DNA of 19,949 bases, from the NCBI GenBank assembly GCA_001179505.1, contig CDMY01000790.1, positions 1 to 19,949 of the forward strand, written 5' to 3'. This document shows, one piece after another, positions 1 through 7,478 of the stretch (position 1 is its first letter; each line of letters starts with the position of its first letter). This DNA is from Vitrella brassicaformis CCMP3155 (lineage: Eukaryota; Protista; Chromerida). Below the pieces are notes generated by a model, which saw nothing but the letters and a program-made list of their open reading frames with translations, made no database searches and was not told the origin of the DNA. A program made the translations under genes and the position numbers.

Positions 1-428
1 GGCCTCAGACCGGCCGGTCAAAAACTCCACTCCTGGGGCCGGCAGGGTCCGATGCGATCGCTGCCAGTGGCCGTCAACAGAGTTCGTGGGGGGTGGGGGC
101 AAAAGGGGAGGGCCTTCGGGCGGCCCACCGGGAAGGCCCTGCCCACCAGGCGGGCCCGGTCTACCTGCCAGTGGTCGGCGAGGGCGCCACTGCTGGGAGT
201 GGATGGCGTGTTGGAAGTCCGCAAAGTGATCGGCCTCAGACTGGCCGGTCAAAAACTCCACTCCTGGGGCCGGCAGGGTCCGATGCGATCGCTGCCAGTG
301 GCCGTCAACAGAGTTCGTGGGGGGCGGGGGCGGAGGGGGAGGGCCTCTAGGCGGCCCACCGGGAGGGCCCTGCCCACCAAGCGGGCCCGGTCTACCTGCC
401 AGTGGTCGGCGAGGGCGCCACTGCTGGG
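1..428. repeat. 231-bp (77-codon) in-frame tandem duplication
   Basis: GGCCTCAGA at 1 and 232; junction ...CTGCTGGGA|GTGGATGGCG near 197; the 1278-1977 copy has only one unit. Confidence 0.9.
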
Positions 429-720
429 ATTGCCGACCTCCCCTGACGGCGGCCGACTGCCGCGTCGATCTCCTGATTGTTGACGGCCCGCACCCCGGCG
501 CCTCGGGCAGCCTCGCCTGCCGCCCGCAGGTCATCTTGCACACTGCGCGGCTGGTCCGCTGCCTCGTGTCTGCGCCGTTCTTCGGTCTCACGTTGTTGCC
601 GCTCCTCGGTCTCATGCTGTCGCTGCGCCTCAGTCTCACGTTGTCGCCACGCCTCGGCCTCACGTCGTCGTTGCTCCGCGGTCTCACGCTCTCGCCGCGC
701 CTCCTCGCCGCAACGCCCAT
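1..720 (-). CDS. N-terminal 240 codons of the retrotransposon ORF (Arg-rich 8-aa repeats, Pro-rich module); open off the left edge
   Basis: ATG at 720; stop-free reading MGVAARRRGESVRPRSNDD...GRQSQQWRPRRP...VEFLTGRSEA to base 1. The same frame in the 1278-1977 copy continues into IERLPQCARLALREVV...LVLLYIPVLLLFPMNRGG, resembling the pre-RT 'LL-LP-LLL-P-RGG' region of CRE-type ORFs. Absent from the ORF track, probably because it has no stop in the window. Confidence 0.7.
   Translation of the reverse strand, partial: MGVAARRRGESVRPRSNDDVRPRRGDNVRLRRSDSMRPRSGNNVRPKNGADTRQRTSRAVCKMTCGRQARLPEAPGCGPSTIRRSTRQSAAVRGGRQSQQWRPRRPLAGRPGPLGGQGPPGGPPRGPPPPPPPPTNSVDGHWQRSHRTLPAPGVEFLTGQSEADHFADFQHAIHSQQWRPRRPLAGRPGPPGGQGLPGGPPEGPPLLPPPPTNSVDGHWQRSHRTLPAPGVEFLTGRSEA
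584..703. repeat. 24-bp x5 degenerate minisatellite encoding (V/M)R(P/L)(R/K)xxDx-like 8-aa repeats on the minus strand (second copy ~1841-1960)
   Basis: GGTCTCA/AGTCTCA/GGCCTCA at 584, 608, 632, 656, 680. Confidence 0.9.
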
Positions 721-977
721 GACAAGTGTTTAGGGTGACTCGGGTCTAGCGTTTATTGAATGTCTCGTGAACAGAATCGTGTTACGCGCGCGTACCTCCG
801 CGTATCATAAGACCGACAAGCAGGGTACGAAACAGGGTACAAGTCAGGTCACGAAAGCTGCGAACACACGCAGAGGTCGTTTCTGGGCGTCGATGATCTC
901 GTCCTCTATGTGGGAGATCTGGTCCTGCAGCAGCTGTTCCAGCTCCACCTCGTCGAGATTGAGGTCGCCCAGCTGTT

Positions 978-1277
978 NNNNNNNNNNNNNNNNNNNNNNN
1001 NNNNNNNNNNNNNNNNNNNNNNNNNNNNNNNNNNNNNNNNNNNNNNNNNNNNNNNNNNNNNNNNNNNNNNNNNNNNNNNNNNNNNNNNNNNNNNNNNNNN
1101 NNNNNNNNNNNNNNNNNNNNNNNNNNNNNNNNNNNNNNNNNNNNNNNNNNNNNNNNNNNNNNNNNNNNNNNNNNNNNNNNNNNNNNNNNNNNNNNNNNNN
1201 NNNNNNNNNNNNNNNNNNNNNNNNNNNNNNNNNNNNNNNNNNNNNNNNNNNNNNNNNNNNNNNNNNNNNNNNNNNNN
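978..1277. other. Assembly gap, exactly 300 N
   Basis: Run of N; flanking contigs overlap (base 977 corresponds to 2234). Confidence 1.
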
Positions 1278-1977
1278 GCCCGCACCACGCTCGCCGCCGC
1301 GGTTCATGGGGAAGAGCAGCAGGACGGGGATGTAGAGCAGCACTAGACAGGCCTTATCAGAGTCGCCCGCCGCCGTCGATTCAAACAGCCGCTCCACAGC
1401 CTCTACGACCTCCCGCAGGGCGAGCCGCGCACACTGCGGGAGCCGCTCGATGGAGTGGATGGCGTGTTGGAAGTCCGCAAAGTGATCGGCCTCAGACTGG
1501 CCGGTCAAAAACTCCACTCCTGGGGCCGGCAGGGTCCGATGCGATCGCTGCCAGTGGCCGTCAACAGAGTTCGTGGGGGGCGGGGGCGGAGGGGGAGGGC
1601 CTCTAGGCGGCCCACCGGGAGGGCCCTGCCCACCAAGCGGGCCCGGTCTACCTGCCAGTGGTCGGCGAGGGCGCCACTGCTGGGATTGCCGACCTCCCCT
1701 GACGGCGGCCGACTGCCGCGTCGATCTCCTGATTGTTGACGGCCCGCACCCCCGGCGCCTTGGGCAGCCTCGCCTGCCGCCCACAGGCCATCTTGCACAC
1801 TGCGCGGCTGGTCCGCTGCCTCGTGTCTGCGCCGTTCTTCGGTCTCACGTTGTTGCCGCTCCTCGGTCTCATGCTGTCGCTGCGCCTCAGTCTCACGTTG
1901 TCGCCACGCCTCGGCCTCACGTCGTCGTTGCTCCGCGGTCTCACGCTCTCGCCGCGCCTCCTCGCCGCAACGCCCAT
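1278..1977 (-). pseudogene. Second copy of the retrotransposon ORF N-terminus with a 1-bp frameshift
   Basis: Near-identical to 198-720. C5 instead of C4 at ~1749-1753 shifts the frame. Continues to ...FPMNRGGERGAG at the gap. Confidence 0.75.
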
Positions 1978-2100
1978 GACAAGTGTTTAGGGTGACTCGG
2001 GTCTAGCGTTTATTGAATGTCTCGTGAACAGAATCGTGTTACGCGCGCGTACCTCCGCGTATCATAAGACCGACAAGCAGGGTACGAAACAGGGTACAAG

Positions 2101-2411
2101 TCAGGTCACGAAAGCTGCGAACACACGCAGAGGTCGTTTCTGGGCGTCGATGATCTCGTCCTCTATGTGGGAGATCTGGTCCTGCAGCAGCTGTTCCAGC
2201 TCCACCTCGTCGAGATTGAGGTCGCCCAGCTGTTTATTGAGGCCGGTCTTCAGATACTGCCCGACGCGCACCCGCTGGCCAAGATCTTCCAGGTCACCCA
2301 AGCTAAAGACGTCCGGTAGGTTGCCGGTGTCGACGCCAGACCAGTCGAAATTGGCCTTCTTGAATTTGAAGGCGTTGCGGGTTCTCCTCATGGTGGGGAA
2401 AAGCCACGCCG
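2101..2411 (-). CDS. Probable terminal exon of an unidentified spliced gene (~103 codons; ...AWLFPTMRRTRNAFKFKKANFDWSGVDTGNLPDVFSLGDLEDLG...EIIDAQKRPLRVFAAFVT*)
   Basis: Coding-like C/G-ending codons; pyrimidine tract plus CAG acceptor (CCCCTTTTCCCATCCCTTTCCGTCGTCAG| at 2412); TGA at 2103-2101; AATAAA ~90 nt downstream (2014-2009). Partly duplicated at 844-977. Confidence 0.5.
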
Positions 2412-2519
2412 CTGACGACGGAAAGGGATGGGAAAAGGGGTGGCTACGGGGAGGCCGGGATGGCTGCGGTGGATGCGACCTTCAAAACCAAAACATCATC
2501 AACACCACAATGCGCGTCC

Positions 2520-3709
2520 ACACGCTGACGTGGACGCGCCATCAACGCGAGCCCGGCATCTGGACGTTGGCATCTGGGCCAAGGATCGCCCGGCGGCTCG
2601 CACTCGCGAGCAGGCTGCGAGTGCGAGAGGGAGCCCTCACCGCTCACGCTCCGCTCGGGGGATCCTACGCCACCGGACGAAACGTCCTCAAGGCTCCGAG
2701 TACCCAGACAGCTCCGGGATGCGAGCTTTCTCTCACGCGTGGTACACATGTCAGGCAAGGAGAAGCTCTTCAAAGCCGCCGAGACCTTCATCCAGAGCCG
2801 GAGGGAGGGCGAGAAGCGACTGCTCATGGGGCTGGATTGGACGAACGCCTTCAACGAGGTGGAACCGTCAGGCGATCGTCAACGAGCTCGCCAGCCAGTT
2901 CCCTGAGCTCTTTCGCTTTCTCTGGCAGTTCTATGGAGAGCCGGCGGAGCTGTGGTATTGACTCGCAGACGGCAGAGTGAGGACCATCCTGAGCCAACAA
3001 GGCACTCAGCAAGGAGATCTCCTTCCTCTTCTGTCTGGCCCTCCAGCCGGTACTCAAGGCCATCCAAGCCAGCTTTCCACGCGCCCTCACACAAGCCTTC
3101 ATGGACGACATCACACCGGGGGCCAACGAGAGTGAGGCAGACGGGGTGGTGGACAAGGCGGAGGAAGAGCTGCAGACTATCAGCCTCAAGGCGTACGGCC
3201 CCCACTGGACGGACAGCGAGCCACCACCGGACGACCTGCTGCCTAGCTTTGAGAGGGAGGGGGTATCGGGTGAGGGCATTTACATCCTGGGTGGGGCAAC
3301 AGGGTCGAACGGCTACGTCGCTAACAAGCTGCAGAGCGTCCTCGACTCCCACCGCCCCCTCATCGAACGACTCAAGGCGTTCGCACACGAGCAGCGGCAG
3401 GACTCATCGCTCCTCTTCCTCTCTTGCGCAGTCCCACGGCTGTATTACAGGCTTCGTCTCCTTCCCCAGCGCCCTTCAACCACCGAGGTCACGGCGCTAC
3501 TGAGGGATGAGGAGGTCATGAATGCAGCCATCGCCATCCACGGGCTGGGAGAAGAGGACACCACCGGGCCGCAGCGACGACAGATGGCGCTATCAGTGAG
3601 AGAGGGGGAATGGGCATTACGACGGCGAGCGCCATCCTGCCTGCTGCATATCTCGGCTGCACCACTGTGACGCTACCCTACGTGTCAAGACACTACCAGC
3701 TGGCGCCAT
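2520..3709 (+). pseudogene. Decayed reverse-transcriptase region of the CRE-like element (contig B)
   Basis: Clear homology to 4040-5025 from 2752. Extra base near 2864, TGA 2959-2961, deletion in QQGDP-GP near 3020, 21-bp deletion at 3190. 2520-2750 keeps eroded traces of RT domains 0-2 (ADVD-RAIN, ASG-RW-HL, LASRL, GG-I..ATG-ET..RL), so the 5' limit is approximate. Confidence 0.85.
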
Positions 3710-4009
3710 NNNNNNNNNNNNNNNNNNNNNNNNNNNNNNNNNNNNNNNNNNNNNNNNNNNNNNNNNNNNNNNNNNNNNNNNNNNNNNNNNNNNNNNNNNN
3801 NNNNNNNNNNNNNNNNNNNNNNNNNNNNNNNNNNNNNNNNNNNNNNNNNNNNNNNNNNNNNNNNNNNNNNNNNNNNNNNNNNNNNNNNNNNNNNNNNNNN
3901 NNNNNNNNNNNNNNNNNNNNNNNNNNNNNNNNNNNNNNNNNNNNNNNNNNNNNNNNNNNNNNNNNNNNNNNNNNNNNNNNNNNNNNNNNNNNNNNNNNNN
4001 NNNNNNNNN
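3710..4009. other. Assembly gap, exactly 300 N
   Basis: Run of N; base 3709 corresponds to 5025. Confidence 1.
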
Positions 4010-4010
4010 C

Positions 4011-5682
4011 GCCCCTCTCCAGTGCGCAGTCGGCACCCCAGCAGGCAACGAGAAGCTCTTCAAGGCCGCCGAGACCTTCATCCAGAGCCGGAGGGAGGGC
4101 GAGAAGCGACTGCTCACGACGCTGGATTGCACGAACGCCTTCAACGAGGTGGACCGTCAGGCGATCGTCAACGAGCTCGCCAGCCAGTTCCCCGAGCTCT
4201 TTCACTTTCTCTGGCAGTTCTATGGAGAGCCGGCGGAGCTGTGGTATCGACTCGCAGACGGCAGAGTGAGGACCATCCTGAGCCAGCAAGGCACTCAGCA
4301 AGGAGACCCGGCCGGCCCCTTTCTCTTCTGTCTGGCCCTCCAGCCAGTACTCAAGGCCATCCAAGCCAGCTTTCACGCGCCCTCATACAAGCCTTCATGG
4401 ACGACATCACACCGGGGGTCGACGAGAGCGAGGCAGATGGGGTGGTTGACAAGGCGGAGGAAGAGCTGCAGACCATCAGCCTCAAGCTGGCCAGGAAGAA
4501 GAGCAAGGCGTACGGCCCCCACTGGACGGACAGCGAGCCACCACCGGACGACCTGCTGCCTGGCTTTGAGAGGGAGGGGCTCTCGGTGAGGGCATTGACA
4601 TCTTGGGCGGGGCAACAGGGACGGACAGCTACTTCGCTAACAAGCTGCAGAGCGTCCTCGACTCCCACCGCCCCCTCATCGAACGACTCAAGGCGTTGGC
4701 ACACGAGCAGCGGCAGGACTCATCGCTCCTCTTCCACTCTTGCGCAGTCCCACGGCTGTATTACTCGCTTCGTCTCCTTCCCCAGCGCCCTTCAACCACC
4801 GAGGTCACGGCGCTACTGAGGGATGAGGAGGTCATGAATGCAGCCATCGCCATCCACGGGCTGGGAGAAGAGGACACCACCGGGCCGCAGCGACGACAGA
4901 TGGCGCTATCAGTGAGAGAGGGGGAATGGGCATTACGACGGCGAGCGCCATCCTGCCTGCTGCATATCTCGGCTGCACCACTGTGACGCTACCCTACGTG
5001 TCAAGACACTACCAGCTGGCGCCATGGATGCCATAGGGGGAGGGAGGGGGGGATGGAGGGAGTGATGGAGGGGAGAACGGAGCGGCAGCATTACTGCAGC
5101 TGCCATGGCTACGGGCAGCGGAGTCGGCAAGAGAGAAGCTACTGGAGAAGCTGCCGGAGACGGAGGTGCCCACACTGGCCAAGCTGCTGGAGGGACGCAC
5201 AAAGCCACGGCTGCAACACGACCTGACGGCCAGCCTGATGCGCATCGAAGCAGACGCCCTGCTGGACGAGTTCGGCGAGGAATCAAGAGACCGCGCTTGG
5301 CTGAGAAGCTGTCGAGGCCCAGGAGCTAGCGGCTGACTGACGACGGTCCCGGCGCACCCGGGCTTGCGCTTCACCAACGAGGATTTCGTCACCTGCTGCC
5401 GTCTGAGGATCGGCGCCACCCAACACCCTTCACTCGCATCGGACCTCTGCTCGTGCGGCACCCAGCTGGATCCCTACGGCGACCACCTCCTCTGCTGCGG
5501 CACAGGCAACGAGCGCATCTGGCGGCACGACCTGCTGTGCGAGGAGTGGCGGCGCATCATCAGGAGCGTCCAGATCGCCGTCGACCGAGAGGTCAACCTG
5601 GCGCGTCTGGGCGTCTACCCGGCCACCACCGATCCAGACGGCAAACGGATCGACCTCTACTGGGTGGAGGAGGGAAAAGGCA
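4011..5682 (+). pseudogene. RT core, thumb and zinc knuckle of the CRE-like element (contig C), disrupted
   Basis: APLQCAVGTPAGNEKLFKAAETF...LDCTNAFNEVDRQ...QQGDPAGPFLFCLALQPVL. 1-bp deletions near 4374, 4584 and 4924; TAG 5034-5036; TGA 5334-5336 (TGG in contig D). Confidence 0.9.
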
Positions 5683-5982
5683 NNNNNNNNNNNNNNNNNN
5701 NNNNNNNNNNNNNNNNNNNNNNNNNNNNNNNNNNNNNNNNNNNNNNNNNNNNNNNNNNNNNNNNNNNNNNNNNNNNNNNNNNNNNNNNNNNNNNNNNNNN
5801 NNNNNNNNNNNNNNNNNNNNNNNNNNNNNNNNNNNNNNNNNNNNNNNNNNNNNNNNNNNNNNNNNNNNNNNNNNNNNNNNNNNNNNNNNNNNNNNNNNNN
5901 NNNNNNNNNNNNNNNNNNNNNNNNNNNNNNNNNNNNNNNNNNNNNNNNNNNNNNNNNNNNNNNNNNNNNNNNNNNNNNNNNN
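5683..5982. other. Assembly gap, exactly 300 N
   Basis: Run of N; base 5682 corresponds to 6618. Confidence 1.
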
Positions 5983-5984
5983 GG

Positions 5985-7082
5985 GGGGAGGGAGGGGGGG
6001 AGGGAGGGGAGGACGGAGCGGCAGCCTTACTGGAGCTGCCATGGCTACGGGCAGCGGAGGCGGCAAGAGAGAGGCTGCTGGAGAAGCTGCCGGAGACGGA
6101 GGTGCCCACACTGGCCAAGCTGCTCGAGGGACGCACAAAGCCACGGCTGCAACACGACATGACCGCCAGCCTGATGCGCATCGAAGCAGACGCCCTGCTA
6201 GACGAGTTCGGCGAGGAGTCAAGGGATCGCGCTCGGCTGAGGAGCTGTCGAGGCCCAGGAGCTAGCGGCTGGCTGACGACGGTCCCGGCGCACCCGGGCT
6301 TGCGCTTCACCAACGAGGATTTCGTCACCTGCTGCCGTCTGAGGATCGGCGCCACCCAACACCCTTCACTCGCATCGGACCTCTGCTCGTGCGGCACCCA
6401 GCTGGATCCCTACGGCGACCACCTCCTCTGCTGCGGCACAGGCAACGAGCGCATCTGGCGGCACGACCTGCTGTGCGAGGAGTGGCGGCGCATCATCAGG
6501 AGCGTCCAGATCGCCGTCGACCGAGAGGTCAACCTGGCGCGTCTGGGCGTCTACCCGGCCACCACCGATCCAGACGGCAAACGGATCGACCTCTACTGGG
6601 TGGAGAAGGGAAAAGGCATGCTCGGCGACGTCACCATCGCCCACCCCACGCGCCCCGACCCCTCCACCAACGCACACCACGCGACCACCAACAGGCAGAA
6701 CGGAGCAGAAGACGGCAAGGCGCTGCGCAACGCGGCCGACAGGAAGCACAGCAAATACGACACAGAGGCGAGGGCAAGCAACTTCACCATCGTCCCACTG
6801 TCGGCGGAGAGCTATGGACGGTGGGGGGACGAGGCGGCTGCCCTCCTCAACCGTATGGCCCGGCATATGCGGCCACCTGTCTATATGGAGGAGGGCGATG
6901 TGGAGTTTTTCCGTGAGACAGCAGTCGACAGGTGGTGGGCCCGACTTAGTGTGCTGCTGCAGAAGGGCAACGCACACATGGTGCGGAGCAGGGCGTGGCG
7001 GGCAAGCAGGTGGAATGGGCAGGAGAGGGCGGGGTTTGCTGAGGGGCTGCTGCTAGAGCGGGGGCCTTTCCACCCCCGTTGA
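5985..7082 (+). CDS. Intact C-terminal ~365 codons of the retrotransposon ORF: CCHC-type knuckle plus restriction-like endonuclease
   Basis: RLRSCRGPGASGWLTTVP...RLRIG...CSCGTQLDPYGDHLLCC...RIWRHD...KRIDLYW...LGDVTIAHP...RKHSKY...PLSAESYGRWG...RLSVLLQKGNA; stop TGA 7080-7082. Confidence 0.92.
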   Translation, partial: GEGGGEGGEDGAAALLELPWLRAAEAARERLLEKLPETEVPTLAKLLEGRTKPRLQHDMTASLMRIEADALLDEFGEESRDRARLRSCRGPGASGWLTTVPAHPGLRFTNEDFVTCCRLRIGATQHPSLASDLCSCGTQLDPYGDHLLCCGTGNERIWRHDLLCEEWRRIIRSVQIAVDREVNLARLGVYPATTDPDGKRIDLYWVEKGKGMLGDVTIAHPTRPDPSTNAHHATTNRQNGAEDGKALRNAADRKHSKYDTEARASNFTIVPLSAESYGRWGDEAAALLNRMARHMRPPVYMEEGDVEFFRETAVDRWWARLSVLLQKGNAHMVRSRAWRASRWNGQERAGFAEGLLLERGPFHPR

Positions 7083-7478
7083 TTGCAGTGGGTGGGCGTA
7101 CATGGGTAGGTAGCGAATGCTTTGCTCGTTGCTGTCAATAGTTTAGATGCGGATATGTAATCGACCGTCCCAGCGCATGGACACACGGACAATCTTACCC
7201 TTAACCACCACCAACAGAATTAGCGGTGAAATCTGGCAATGCATCAATTTTGAGTCTGGCGTATTTCGTCTTGTTGTTAGTTTTAGACGATCCACTGTCT
7301 CGTGTTCTATCATATTCTAAAGCGGCATCACGTGAGGTGCGCCGGAAAAAGAGTGACAATAATTTGAGCAGTAGTAAGGGCCTGCTTATGTCTGTCATAC
7401 TCCGTGGCCCCTGTCGTCAGGCAGAGGACAAGGGAGTGTAACGCACCCCAATCATAGCGTTACTCTCTGTAGGAGTGG

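Larger units (their letters stand above)
1..7082. mobile_element. CRE-clade (CRE/SLACS/Cnl1/MoTeR-like) non-LTR retrotransposon sequence, fragmented over four overlapping contigs; 5' ORF half on minus strand, RT-RLE half on plus strand
   Basis: RT motifs (PLQCAVGTPAGNE, LDCTNAFNEVDR, QQGTQQGDPAGPFLF, AFMDDIT), thumb motif (L-SVREGGMG after frame correction), GASGWL, CSCG...GDHLLCC zinc knuckle and RHD...RID...DVT...KHSKY restriction-like endonuclease. No LTR, integrase or APE seen. No poly(A) tail or TSD identifiable. Confidence 0.92.

Noticed and set aside
52-2980. Plus-strand ORFs 52-483, 317-733, 767-1606, 1455-1739, 2024-2980
   Set aside because: Antisense or off-frame shadows of GC-rich retroelement coding sequence; no recognisable motifs.
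3601-4930. Same G5 frameshift (GAG GGG GAA TGG instead of GAG GGG GGA ATG) at ~3604 and ~4924, suggesting programmed frameshifting
   Set aside because: Both lie in the 259-bp stretch identical between contigs, so it is probably one sequence assembled twice. It is not an X XXY YYZ slippery site, and CRE ORFs are normally continuous here.
5364-7082. 572-aa ORF (and other ORFs crossing N runs) as a single protein with duplicated knuckle
   Set aside because: Artefact of translating through a 300-N gap between overlapping contigs.
7201-7441. Short ORFs 7201-7398 (-) and 7226-7441 (+)
   Set aside because: AT-richer spacer or 3' UTR between convergent stops; no motifs or convincing splice structure.
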